DNA from: Phoronis australis
Lineage: Eukaryota > Animalia > Phoronida
Direction of reading: 5' to 3'
Assembly (NCBI GenBank): GCA_002633005.1
Contig: NMRA01000532.1
Coordinates: 1,401-65,400, forward strand
Length of the DNA stretch: 64,000 nucleotides
Made by a program: the position numbers and the translations under genes. Below, piece after piece: positions 35,061 through 49,300 of the stretch. A model generated the notes under the pieces. It was not told the DNA's origin. It saw only the letters and a list, made by a program, of their open reading frames with translations, and ran no database searches. How positions within the stretch are numbered: the first letter of the stretch is position 1; each line of letters opens with the position of its first letter.

Positions 35061-35999
35061 GTCCCATAGGGTATCACACCGCATGGAACTAGCCAGCCAG
35101 CTAACTGTATGAAGAATATCGTCAAACTATATTAGTACACAGCTTTGTACCAAGGCTACCCGATTGAACGAGAACCTGGGCTTTCAATTAACACTTCTCC
35201 GAATCCCGGACCGAACTAGGGCAAAACTGAAATTACTTAAAAATTTTTAACGCTGATAACAGTAACATTGCCCGTGCACACGGCGCTAAAGTGACTGCTA
35301 CGGTTAGTCGGTTCAAGCGTTGATTTCCACTGAGGTATGCATTCTGCAATTCAGTGCCCCTGTGGCATGAATCACGCTTTGATTCTGAGCATTACGAAAA
35401 TTGTCCTATCTACTGGCTGAGTCTTTTCTGCTTAGCGAAGGCATGGAATTAGTCTGGAGTCCGGAAGTATCATGGCAGTGGTGTTATGATGAGCAGAACA
35501 GGCAACACACACGACACGTGTTTCATTGATCGAAGTCGTGCTCCTAGTCCCAAGTGTTACTGATACAGTACGGGTCTGATCAGTATTTGAGCTGTCAAAA
35601 ATTATGTTTGTTGGCGCGCCAAGCATGAAATTTGAATACATTGCTGAATAGGCCTCACTTCCTCAGACTAATTTAATACCGTAATTTACCAACCATGCAA
35701 ATGAATGTGTCAGCAAACTCTCAGTTGAAACTCAGACCACTGGGGTTGAAATGGACTAAGAATTAGCTTGAACATTATTCTTGATAAAATTTTATTAAAA
35801 ATCATTTATCGTACTCGAGAGAGGGATTTTGAAAATTATTTATCATGATCATTGTTTGTTCAACAAATTTTGTCAGTTGAAGACCTTTTGTAAAATATTT
35901 GAACGATGCGGCTATCAAACTTTTAAGAAGTCATTTGTCCTTCTCATTGCTTTAGTTTTGTTTTGGTTAAATGAACAACACAAACCATGTTGTTTACAG

Positions 36000-38897
36000 A
36001 CAACGCTCGCAGATAAGCAAGATCTTATTGCATTTGTTCGGTTCATGGAAGATGTTCACTAACATTCCTGTATTCCACCAGCTCGACCGCCTGCTGAGTG
36101 CATTCAACCTATCGACATACGCTGGGAAGACGGTTTCTTCGCCATCTGAGAACCGTCATCCTGAGGAGTCTGAGCCATACTCACCACCTGCGTGGAGACG
36201 CATGTCACCTGTGCCCAAGAAGAGGCACATCACGCCATTTAATGAGCGATGCCTACTGGTGAGCATTGTCTGTCTTTGATTTGTAGATTCCATTAAGAAT
36301 ACAGTGAAATTTTACCAATTTAAAAAACAATATGTCTGGCGAGTGAATTTTAATTTTTTTTATTTGTTTGAACTTAAAAGATAGGTAGGCACCAAGTCAA
36401 TGCTTTTCATTTTTAAGAGCTATGAAATAGTTTTAACCATCGGACATTATAGCCTTTGACAATTAATGAACAAAGATCAATTTTAGCAATTTACTTTCAT
36501 TCAAAGTTGGTGACAATTTAACCATATGTTGACGCAGATGCTCTCTATTGTGCACCTTTATGCTCACAGCGGGCTTAGATCCAAAATAATATTTTTTGTG
36601 AGTGGGTTGCATAATGGCTCATGCGCCTAAGTTTCACACGTAAGCCCAAGTTGTGTCCCCTGCATAGGCCCATACATTTGATTAATTTGTTTATAGGTAC
36701 ACTTTTTTGACTTAATGCTGTGCATCCAAATGGCATTTTTACTTTTTCCTCTGTATCTTTTGTTTTTTAATACCATATTGCCACGCCTTTAATCCCATTG
36801 GTCTACTTTGGAAATAATGCCTTTTTTCGCATCTTTTTTGTACCCAAGTGACATCCGCTCCTGCTGTAAAGAAGACATACGTGGCGCCTCCTATAGTTAC
36901 AGTTTTTTTTTGGTGCACGGCTTGATCTCACAAGCCCCTTGCAGGAACTTTGTTAAATGTGGCAAGTGTATGTACTATTTCTATGAAAGTGACAACAGAT
37001 GGCAGGGATATTCCTGGACTTAGCCTTTGTGACATTAGCGCATAAAAGATATTTTGTATTGTGAGAGTGACCTGTCTCGTTTAACTATCATTTTATTTGA
37101 GAAACCCAACTTGAATTCTCAGGGGACTGGTCTCAGATAAATTTTGAAGTTAATGTTGTAGCGTTATTTTATTTTGCCAAACTCGTCTCCTCAGCTTTTG
37201 TAAGTTACAATGCGCACTTGAATATTGTTTATCGCATCTTTTACACAATTTTTTCCTGTTGGTCAATGTACTCCTAGGTACTGCAATATATATTTACTAA
37301 TATTTTTACTGTGTGTCCTCAGTTTTACCATTCCCCTGGACTGTTAAAACCAAGAAATTTACGTCGCGGTCTGAAAGAGGTTTTTCAAATATTGTCGGAG
37401 ACATAAAAGCATCCGTTTATGAAGAGTTAATGCAGGAAGACAATGCTAGTTTGGAAAAATTCAAGAAAATTATGTAAAAGGCAACACAATTCTTTTTTGG
37501 GTTAGAAAAATGAAACTTTGTTAATAATACAACAATAACTAGGACGATAAAGCCTTCTGGTGAAACTTTGATGAATCAAAAAGAAATTGAAAAGTCTTAC
37601 GAAAAAGTATCTTCTAGAGAAAATGTATGTTGAATTGAGAATATCAGAGATATTGTAGAAATTGAGAATATCAATGATACTGTAGAAATTGAGAATATCA
37701 GTGATATTGTAGAAATTGAGAATATTAGTGATATTGTAGAAATTGAGAATATCAGTGATATTGTAGAAATGGACGATGGCCCAGTGTTGCGACAAGACAA
37801 CGAGATCACGTGGTACAATTAAACGAACCTGAGAATCCAAACAATATGATAATGAGGACGAAGCAGTATAGCTTACATAAAATAATTTAATACTTAAATG
37901 ATATTTATATGCGCTAACCGCGAAGCGATATTGAAGCTAGTTTAAATAGTGAAACAACACGTGAGGGTGAGATAAAAGGACATATATATTATGACAAACT
38001 AAACTACTACAGATATGGATAATTACAAAAGTTATACACTTGTTGAGCTGTAAAGGTGGGTGACATTCTGCCACAGACGCAGCAGAAGGATGCATCTGCC
38101 CACCTTTTGGTTTTGCAAGATCAATGACCGAATGGAATTTGTGTTCGCAAACTTCTGTTTTTTGTTCTTCAAATATTATTAGAATCAGAATTGTCCGCAG
38201 AATTTTGGCAACTAATAACTTTTTAATCTGATTGGTAGTTCTCCAACTGACCAATGTACCATTTATAGGAATGAACCTGAAAGTTAAGAACATTTGTTTT
38301 GGGATTGCATTTTTGTTATAAGTCTTTTTGGGGAAGAATAGATGAATATTATATTAATTTGCTGCAAAAATGTGGAATCCGATATGTCTGTTATATTTGG
38401 TAAAACTGGAGAAGCGAATGAACTGTTGAATATTCTCATTCTTTTAGCCAAAAAGCGAAATACATTGAAAGTTGAACCTCGGGTAAAAGAATGGGAAATT
38501 TATTTCACTTCCAAGAGTTTGATGAATGTTTATGAAACTTTACTATCATATCATTGTCCGAAATTCCAAGAGACTTTCCCAAACTGGAAACTTTTTACCA
38601 CACATGTTTGGGACTCAGAGTACTACGCTGTTTGAAAATTATGATTTAACCAAACATTGCTTAATTGCTGTTACTCGCTGATATTCCCTAAAAGTTCCTG
38701 GAAAAATGCTGAAAGCATGTTTTTTAGGTTTTCATTTCTGTTTCAGGGATTCAGAGAAATTCATTAGGATGGAATGTTACAACTCCAAGTACAATACTCT
38801 TGTGATTGAAGAATATCCACCGATAGAGGATGACCTGACCTTCAACCTATCGACCTCATCATTGAGAATCCCTCGCTTACCTTTCCGAAACAACTGA
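36000..38897 (+). pseudogene. Possible decayed or lineage-specific spliced gene (exon-like segments 36000-36258, from 37323 and from 38747)
   Basis: Acceptors tgtttacag, gtcctcag and tgtttcag; donors gtgagc (36259) and gtaagt (~38904). Frames contain stops and no domain is recognisable. Confidence 0.25.
37632..37769. repeat. 27-bp tandem repeat x5 (gaaattgagaatatcagtgatattgta; reads EIENISDIV)
   Basis: Direct tandem units. Confidence 0.95.
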
Positions 38898-41493
38898 TAG
38901 CTAGTAAGTGAAATTTGCAGTTGATTCCGAGATCTAATTTTGTTCTACAGCATCCATAACCTTTGAGTTTATGTGACAATTCAAAGCTAATGACTGCTCT
39001 GCATGTTTATCTTGAAATTTAACTGGAGCAAGGTAATTGCATGAACTCTAGGATTATTTTCCGACCTTATAACACCGACTTCCTTATTGGTTGCATTTTA
39101 AACTACATATCGTTAGAAGACTTAGTATTTAACACTGTGAAGGCTAAGTTTTCGGAATGTAGTGATTTAGATGGTTAAAATATAGTGGGGTTAAAATTTG
39201 AACAATTTGATCATTATACACTAATGGTGGTTAAAAAATACCAAAAACTCAGCGGCCAACACGGGATGAAGACATCATTCTATATTACCGTCATGCACTC
39301 TATAGTTCAAAGATGAATGGATTGTACTAAAAAAGTTTATTAACACACTGTCAACCTCAGCCCGGTCCTCTCAGATTAGCACTTTCTCGATACAATTCTT
39401 ATCATTTCTCTTCATATCAAGTGCTAATTTCCTATATAGCATCATTTCACTTTCAAATTGGAAAACTTGGTCCAACTGAAAATTCCCACACAAACGGCCA
39501 ATGAGCATTCAGAAGTTCTCAATGAATTCTTTCTGTAACTTGCAATTTAAATTGTCATTCAATGGTCACAAAATGTTCACGTAAGTCAAATCAATTGTCA
39601 CTAAAGAAGTAACTATGCCTGGAATTCCCACCAGCAACTGAATAAAGTAAACTTATTCAGCTCTCCGTGGATTCTAATTTGTTTTTCCTACTTTCTGTTC
39701 CATAAGGGAATTGGTTGCCTTCCGATGGACATCATCTCTGAACCCTCCATAGAGTACTTCCCACCCCTGGAACCATAGGATCATTCTGTCTGTAAGTCAT
39801 TTATGACGTAATATAGGTCAAACCCCTAGTGTTTGAGGATTGAAGAAAACCCACACTCCTTCACACGTTTGCTGATAACATCGAAGAGAATTACTTCCTG
39901 CTTTCTCTCGCATACTAGAAACCTTTCCATAATATGTCATTTGGAGCTCCGCCCACGGGTTAATCAGTATTAATCAACCTCAGTTTTTTTGACAAGATTC
40001 TCATAAAAATCCGATTGTTAACTGCCACATAGATCATAAGCATGCAAGACATGGTTTTTCAGGATTGGGTTCTTTCATTTATTGCAGAAACATTGTAGCT
40101 TGAATGGAAAAAAATGTGTAACTTAACAGAACAACACGTTAATTTGCTGGTCACTCAGCTTCAGTTGAGTTTATCACTGTCTGATGATAATCATATCTAC
40201 CCATGGTAAAAATGCGGGCATCATATTAAGCTTGTTACCATGAAAAGGAGACGAATGTCATTTGTTATGATGTAATACAAAGACGAAGTGAAGGGATTGA
40301 GTAGTAACAAAGTCATTTTTTATTTTTTCCGATGGGATGTGTTCTAGCAACTCACATTGTTCTGTGCGTGTGTAAAAATGAGCAAATTGTACAAAGGGAT
40401 GTTGAATGTAACCATGCCAGAAATTGAACTTTGACACTTGGCTTACCTCAAAATCCAACTGCTGCCTGTGGTTTGGTAATTGGCTCAATTATGTTGCACA
40501 CCCAGCGGAATGAACGAGGAACATTGGGTGGCAACTATACAATTGTGTCAGGTTGTAAAACTTGTATTTCTTGTACAGGTTTCAAAAATATAAAATCCTG
40601 CTCGTGTACTTTTTATGGACTTTTTCCTGTTTAAAAGCTTTCAAAACGCAAACTTAAAATACTAATGCCACACCCAATGTGGTTATGATGGGTCTGATTT
40701 TCTAGATAACGGTAACATCAGCAGCCCAAGGCAATGTTATTAACTGCTGCAGCATGGTGTCATTGATCAATGCCAAGGTGCGAAAACCGGTCGAGTTTGC
40801 CATTCTTGACCAGTGAGGGTGTCAAAATGTCTAAATCTCCACTATTATAACTCACGTGTGGCTTAGCATCCACTTCTAATATATGTAAGTGGGACGTACT
40901 CAAGGGTGTTCTCAGTCAAACAAGAGTCCCGCAAAAGCTAAGTTTCCAAAATGTATGTGTCACGTCAATTCATTTTTCAGTTATTCGTGCTGGAAAAGAC
41001 ACAATAAAGAAATTATGAAATGGTTTTCTATTTTTTTATGCCATCACAGTTATAGTACTTACATGANCACCGCCTGTCATTGACGATGACGCCGCCTGTC
41101 ATCGACCATCAGCCAATCGACTGCATGCATTAATGAACATGACATCTACGCTTGCCCTCGTCGACTAGTGGCGTATTGACTACACCAAAGAATGACACCT
41201 GCCTGCCATCAACTGTGCATAGTAAAGATGAACTGAAGTTCAGGGAGTTCTTTTACACCTTTAGTGCTAATCATACTTAGAAGGTTTCACAGGCAAGTTT
41301 GGCCGAATGCCAACTGCCCAAATTTACAAATTTTGACATTTGAATGTTTACACTTTGCGTATATGTCCACATTTAATTTCTACACCTGCATGAGACTTTC
41401 ATAAAAGTGTGTCTTTGGGAGTCCCAGTTTGCCAAAAATTTTAGCTCCAAAAATAGTTATTTTGGTAACTCGTAATTTCATGTAAATCCATTT

Positions 41494-43306
41494 CACGGTT
41501 CACGACAACCACCCGAAGTAGTTTGGCAGATGGGCGAGGAATTCATGGTCATAACCGCTAATTCTGTCATCATGTTGGGGAATTCCAGGTCGTTCTGGTT
41601 GATCACTGTGCTGTGTACTGTGCTGTCCGCATATCAACTGTGCATGTATCGGCGACTGTCCATACATCGAAGATTGCCGTTTAATCTCTGAGTATCGGCT
41701 GTTCGTGTGTTGATGCCTCGGGTCAACTGGTCGCATATCAACCATCCACTTCCCGAGGAATGTACATACATTGAAGATCGCCATCTGCTGTCTACATATC
41801 GAACATTCACGTATCAAAGGAGCATCCAGATATCGAGGATTGGTATCTTCTGTCCACAAACTGATTGTTCACGCATCAATGTCTGCCATCGGCTGTTCAC
41901 ATATCGATTGTCCTCACACTGAGTAGCATCCTACATCACGGATTGCCATCTGCTGTTTGCGTGTCAACCATTCACACATAGAGGAACGTCCACATATCCA
42001 GGATTGCCATCGACTGTTTGTGTATCGGCTACCCACACATTGTGGAACTTCCAGACATTCGAGGATTGCCCTCTTCTGTCCGTATGTTGACCATCCACAT
42101 ATCGAGAACTGTTCATGTATCAAAGATTGCCATCTTCTGTGCACACGTCAACCATCCACACACTGAGAAATGTTCACTTATCAAGGATGACCTTCTACTG
42201 TCTACAAACCACCTGTTCACGCAACGATGTCTACCATCAGCCATTAGCATTTCGATCTTCTTCACATCAAGGAATGTTCACACATCTAGGATCTTCATCT
42301 CCCATCCTCCTGCTGACCATGTTTCCGTTGATGCTTGCCCTTGATTGTATGCATCTTGACTGTCCCCCCACCGGGATAGTCAATATGCATATGGTCAATG
42401 GACTGTATGTATAATGACTGTCCCGGTGGGGGGACAGTCATTATGCATACGGTGGATGGCAGGCATCACTGGACACATGATCGGTAGGTGAATGGTAGTT
42501 GACGATTCTAGCTGTGTGAATGTTCCACGATGTGTGGAAGGTTGTCATGCGGATGGCCGATGGTAGATGTTGTTGTGGGAACAGTTGTTTTGTGGCCGGT
42601 AGATGGTGAACCTTGATGAGTGGATGTTTATCGGTGTGAAGGTGGTTGATATGTGTACGAAAGATGGCGATCCTTGATGCATAGACATTTCTTGGTATGA
42701 GGAAGGTTGACATATAGATAGTAGATGGTAATGCTTGAATGAATGGATGTTCCATGATATGTGGGCTGTCGATATGCGAACAGTTGAAGGTAATCTTGGA
42801 TATTGGATGTTCCACTATGCGTGGATGGTTGACATGCGTACAGCAGATGAAAATCCTTGATGCTAGGATGTTTCTTGGTGTTTGGAGGGTCGTCATGCGA
42901 ACAGTTTATGACAGCCATTGATGTGCAAACAGTCGGTTTGTGGACAGAAGATGACGACCCTCGATGTGTGGATGCAGGCCTTGATATGTGAATGATCGGT
43001 ATGTAGATGTTAGATGGTGAACTTTGATGCATGGATGTTCCTCGATGTGTGAATGGTTGACATGCGAACAGTTGATATCAGGTGTCGATGTTCGAACAGT
43101 TTTTATTTGGAGATTAGACGGAAGGCTTTGATGTATGGACACTCTTTGATGCCTGTACAGTTGATATAGGGATTCCATAATACACTGCAAAGGGATCAGA
43201 TGAATTGATCGAGAATTCACCAATAAGATGGCCGAATTAGCTCTAAGTGAACAGAACTTCCTGCTGATTCAGTCTCAGTACTTCTGCTGGCTACGTCGTA
43301 AACTAT
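41494..43306. repeat. Second copy of the 1.8-kb palindrome (loop 42397-42400)
   Basis: Direct copy of 655-2467 at offset 40839. Confidence 0.9.
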
Positions 43307-46300
43307 TAATATGTTTAACATCCAAGTATCGAAAAATATCCGAACTATTGTTTGTGCGTTAATGGTCGTGCACTATGATTGTTTGAAAAAAGGATGAGGT
43401 CACTGGCAATTTGACAGTTTGGGTTAACAGCCATCCCCGATAATCTCAAAAATTCTGCTTAGGCATTGATGCGCGGCTTAACTTGCATGTCACCGTGATG
43501 GGCACTTATCTTGTAGTTAATTGGAGATTATCAGATGTACCTTTCAGCATGATGCCCTGTGGTAGTGTCGTCTGCTTACCATCCGTGTAACCTGGATCAC
43601 CATCTGCAGACCTTCACCTATACTGATGCAAGTGTTTGTGAGTTTCAAGACCGTGAGTTGTGTTATGATAATGCTGTTACTGTATAAAAAGATCTAAAGG
43701 TGTTCAGGGACACCAATCCCTAGTTTCAGCCATTCACTCTAGTAAAGAGGATGATGGGATTGCAGATGGCTATATCTACCGTCAACAATCTGACTTCCAG
43801 CATCAGCACATATGATTGACAGCTATCGATGGGCAAGGTAATATGAATGTATGAGGACATGTTTAGGATGAGTGACAATATGCCGAGGCATGAATGTGAT
43901 GATGACGACAACGATGTACGTGAGTGTGTGCATTATGATTTTTTTGCATTACAGGATGTCAATCAAGTTAAATAGGTAAAGTCTTCCTCGTGAAAGTGGT
44001 AAAACATTCCTGTCCAGTTTTTTCACGACAGGATGTCCATCAAGTTAAAGGGGTAAAATCTTCCCCCATGAAAAGCTGAAACTTTCGTAGAGTTTTCTCA
44101 ACAGAGGATGTTACTTGAGTGGAGATTATTGTCATTGCTACTGAACTAAAGAAACAGCGGAGCATTAAATTCATACTTGCTAACTGGGTAAAGTCTTGCC
44201 TTATGGCTTGATGACAATTCTTTAAGTGTCAGTAGTTAACGAATCCGTAACATGTGACGAATTAATGGTGAAATGGTACGAGACTGAAGAATCCATGATA
44301 TGCTGTGACTAAATTGAAACCTTTGAGTGACAAAGCTAATTGTTAAAAACAAATGAACCCAAAACATGCGAAAGTTAATGAACCAGAGAGTGCAAGTTAA
44401 TGACAAAAATCTGCAAAAGAGTAAATCAAACGAAACTATGAAATATGAAAAATTGATGGACCAATGAAATGGGAAACTTTAATGAATTCGTAAAATATCG
44501 CAAGGCCTAGAACGTGTAACGAACCAAACTGAACTTATAAAATGAGAGGGTGACATATTAAGATGTGCTTGTCAAAACCCACTTGAAAAAGCACGAACCT
44601 GTAAAATGTTGAGTGTGATGAATAAAATGGGAGAAACAATTGAATCCACAGAATGTGAGAATTTATGAATGAACGAAATGCTACTCAAACAAACCTGTGG
44701 TTGCCCAAATTAAACACAAGCGATAAATCTGTAAAATGCTATGACTAAATAAAACCACTGAGAGCAATGAAGGAAAATGTGAAAAACAAATGGAGGAAAT
44801 ACCAGGGTATATTCACACACTGTAAATAAGTCAAGTCTGGACTGTTGCAAGAGTAAAGGTACTAAATTCTTTGCCATCAATATGTTTCCAGGTAAAAGAG
44901 AAATTCCTTACCCCAAGGAAATTCGAGGAGATGAAAGCAAACAAAGTGGGCTGGAACAGCGACTAGTTCATGAATTTGTAAAATCTGAAAAATTAATGAA
45001 GTGTAAAGTGCAAAAAACAGGATGATCTTGTAATGAAATGAGAAAATTAAGAAAACCACAATAGACATTGAAAAATTTACAAAATGTGTATAAAATGATC
45101 GCTAAAAAACAAAAAGTAAAGTACAGTAAAGTATATCTGGAATACAGGAGAATAATAACTCGGTGAGAGAAAGCTTATGCATATGGTAGACAGTGCTTGA
45201 TGAGATCCATTGTCGACATGCCAAATTTAGGTAAATACTATCAAGGAAAGCAGGAGATACAACACAGATAATCAATAAAAGGAACAGGACTCCTTGGAAA
45301 ATCTCAAGAACTGAAAGTCTACGAAAAACAATTGGCAAAATTCAGATGGTACTTTATGCAACCTTATTCATACACCAAATTTCAAAAAAATCCCATGTTT
45401 ACGTAATGCAGCAAACTGAGAAATAGATATCACTGCACCATCTCGCGTCACTCAAACAATAGGCGTTGAGCTATTACAGAAACCTGGAGTGTGAATTTCA
45501 TGTCGATCTAGTAGGTGAAAAATGTGACCTGTAGCACGAGTGTCATACAGACATAGGTGCAGAAAGGAATTGGTTAATAGCAGAGCAGTCATCTGAATAT
45601 TGAGTATTTCAATAACATTAAGTTGAATTAAAACTAATGCTTCAACGCATATATCACTTCATGAGGTCCAGCCATCTGCCTAACTTCAGAAAAATACAGC
45701 AATGCCACATCTTGGCAATGTGAAATATCGAAAAACAGCCATCACATGCCATCTTGAATTCCAACCAAAAACAGTTGAGCTTGAGCTATGAACAAGATGC
45801 ATGTCAACTGGATAAGAAATTCGACCTGTTGCACGATGGTAGTATGATGGAGCAACACTAAGGCTTTGTCAATAAAAGAACAATCATCTAAAGAGAAGAG
45901 CAAATTTGAGTGAGAAGCATAAGATGCAGTGCTTGACAAAATTGTTTACATATTAATCATTTTGAGAAAGATTCATCGCGGGATGCCAGCATGAAAAGTC
46001 ATTCAACTGGACAGCTGTACCCGAAAAATCCTGAATAACGCGAGATCTGTTGTTGCAAAAACTGGATAGACTATTTATGATAGTCTGCTCTTGAAGAGAG
46101 TCATCCACATTTACCAACTTTCAAAGAAATCTCCCATTGATGATGGAGCTGTAGCTTCACCAATCAAAATATCCAAAACAATTGGCCTTTAACTTTGAAT
46201 GAGACAGTTGTGTGTAACTACGTGTTGAGTGGATTAAAAATGCTGTCTATCATGTAAACAAAGATAAGAAGGTACTCATCCTCACTTTAATATGTTTGAC

Positions 46301-49300
46301 TAGAGACATCTAATTTATGTTTGGCATATGTGTCGTAATGAACATAGACCATGCGTCAGGGAAGGTCTGTTATCAGAAATAAATAGGATAGATGGATTTG
46401 GGAAAATGTCATTTATTATGATGCAACAGTGAAAATAATGCAAAATACAGTCTCTGAAAAGAAGGGCATAAAAAATAATAAACAAGAGATGTTTGGGACA
46501 GTGCAGGCTCATCTGAGACTAATAGGTTTTTAAGGTGCTGCTCTGAATGGATTTGCCTTGTGTTATCAACGTTCGGGGTGCCGAAGTGTAGTACATTTCT
46601 ATACATACATTTTAACATGTAGCAGAGAAGTGTAATAAACCAATAGAACTTGCAAGTCTGTTTTTGACTTGCAAAACCAGCTATTTGAGAGATCTGGCAA
46701 TCATTTCAAGGCTATTGTGTGTGAGTTGAATTTTTCGAGACCACTGAAAAGTTTGCGAAACCAATGCTGAAAAAGTGAACTACACCATTGAACTTAGACG
46801 TGGAATGAAGGCATCGAAATAGCCTTCACTTGGAACCGAATCATAAACTGAGAATCTAGTATACTACGTTCGAACAGTATGTAACATTAACTTTCAACTT
46901 GCATAAAGGTTCTTATGGATGAGTACTGTGCGAATTCAAGGCAGATACGGATCGTATCATTGAGACAATCATTTCTAGCTGTTCAGAAGCAGTAAAAATG
47001 AAACTGACTGAAACTGAGTAATCTCAACTGAGACTTGACTGTGGACAAAACTACAGCACATACTGCCTAATGTCTTCTCAAGTTTGTAGTATGGACGAGT
47101 TGCTGTTCAAACAAATTGTAAGACTGCGTAGACATCAGTCCCACCCATGTATACAGTGCCACATCCCCAAGTTGTGATAATGAAAATCACCAGGCAAGAA
47201 CTTTGCAAAAACCAAACCATGAACTGATGAGTTTATACCTGTCATATTTGAGTGCGCGTGATGCGAAGGTTGTCGAGATGGGTAATAAAAAGTGCAGCAC
47301 TTGGGTAAGAGAAACCACCGAAAAAGGGGGTAGTAATGGGTGGGAAAAAATGAAGAGAGATTAAACTCAAATGCAAGTGCTGCTAATGCGAAGGAATGAC
47401 AGGAAACATATGGTTACTGAGAACAAAAGGCACGTGATAATCATCAACCTATAGGTGCCAGAAGCGACCAAACTCGAGGCACAAGACAGAAACAACCAAT
47501 AGTGAGCCTGGGAAAGAAATGTCCTAGTGCGCTGTGTGTGTGCAAAAGAGCCATATGCGAATCTACACTAACGATTAATGGACCAGTCCGGAAGCAGGAA
47601 AAAGGGGTTCATATTCTCACATTAATATGTTTAACGAGTGAAACAGTATTTACATTCGAAGTATGTCTCGAAAATAAAAGGTGTGTCGCAAGCTGTTTCC
47701 AGAGATAAAAGGAGACCTGATATAAAAATTGTAAAATTATGGAATTCATTGTCACTGACAAGTAATTTACCATGTGTTGCGTTTGTGAGAAAAGTAAATT
47801 GTGATTCTTTGTTGAATTGCGCCAAACACCATTGTATAATATGTTGGTGCAACAAAATAGGGACTTGACCACTGCTTGTCACAATGAACTTATACCCCCA
47901 AAGAATGTAGTAAAATTTGAATGGTAAAAGGCATTATTAATTGAACAAAACAATGCATCAAGTTAATGGAGTTTTGTGAAATGCAATAATTGAATGTGTC
48001 TGTAGAGTGTCATTAAATAAACAGAGAAATAAATGACCTGTAAAATACTAATATAATTGAATTCATGAAATTGAGGGAAATAAAATTCTGCAATCTCATT
48101 GATAAACAAGCGTTTCAAGTGGTAAAGAATCCATGAAATGCATCAAGTAAATGGCGTCTTGAGCTACAACAAGATAATGAAACTGAAATTACATGAATTA
48201 ATGAACTCTCAAATGTGTAAGTTGCAGCTATCGAAGGAATGTATTTAATGATAAATCATTAAAAGTTGAGAAATTATTGGTTTGTTAAAAGCAGTCTTGG
48301 AGTACGGAACAAATTAATAATCCCTCAAAATATCACAATCATTAAGCTGTTGTAGTATGACAGAACCCGTAAAATGAACTCAATATAGTGTGAAGAAGCA
48401 AAATTCTAACTATAAGTGAATCTATAAAATGTAAAAAACAAGTGACCCACAAAAGACGAGTTAATAAACAAGTACAACATGAGGGTAACCGTAAACGTGA
48501 GGGTAACCAAAGTCTCGGAAATTTAAATCGTAAGATGCATCATGGAGTGAAGAAGTAGTGCATCAATTTCCGTGAAGTACGACAATTTAATGACTCTGTA
48601 GACTGTCATGAAATGAACAGAGAAATAAATAACCTGTAAAATTTCAAAAATAAGGAACTGGAACTTTGGAATTAATGAACCCCTAATCTGTCGGGGATAA
48701 AGAAACATTTCATGTGAAAAATGACCCATGATATGCAACAAATCAATAGGGACCTGAGGTACTGCCAAGTGAATGAAATTGTGAAATTTCTTTGAATTAA
48801 TGAATCTTCAAAATGTGTTGAATGAACAAATCTGTGATCAGTAATCGAATAATCCCTGTTTAGAATGGAACTATCAAGGGAATGTTGATATAATTGGAAG
48901 CTTTGAAGAGTCATGATGAATTGACAAACCTTTAAAAGATAAGAAATTGTTGTTTCTGTGTAATGCAGGGAATTAAGGATTGGTGAAACAGTGCAATAGT
49001 ATCTGGTGAATTGATGAATTTAAACCACCACAAATCAACAATAACACAGGTATAGCATAATAATAGATCCTGTAAAATAAACAAAAGCGTTGAGTGCGAG
49101 GAAGCAAAATGCTAAAAATAAATGAAACGTTAGTATAAAATGCGAAAACCAGTGGGCCCTTGAAGTATCATGATTTAATGTAAAGGCATGGTAATCAAAG
49201 TCCTACAGTGTTGCTAGTCAAATATGTCATGCCAATGCTAAATGTTAATGGAAATAAAATAGAGACAACTGATTGAACCCATCAAATGCATTGAATTACT

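Noticed and set aside
39680-40530. Minus-strand exon-like pieces (RMILWFQGWEVLYGGFRDDVHRK; LPPNVPRSFRWVCNIIEP)
   Set aside because: Short, one ends in a stop before its donor, no consistent multi-exon frame and no recognisable homology.
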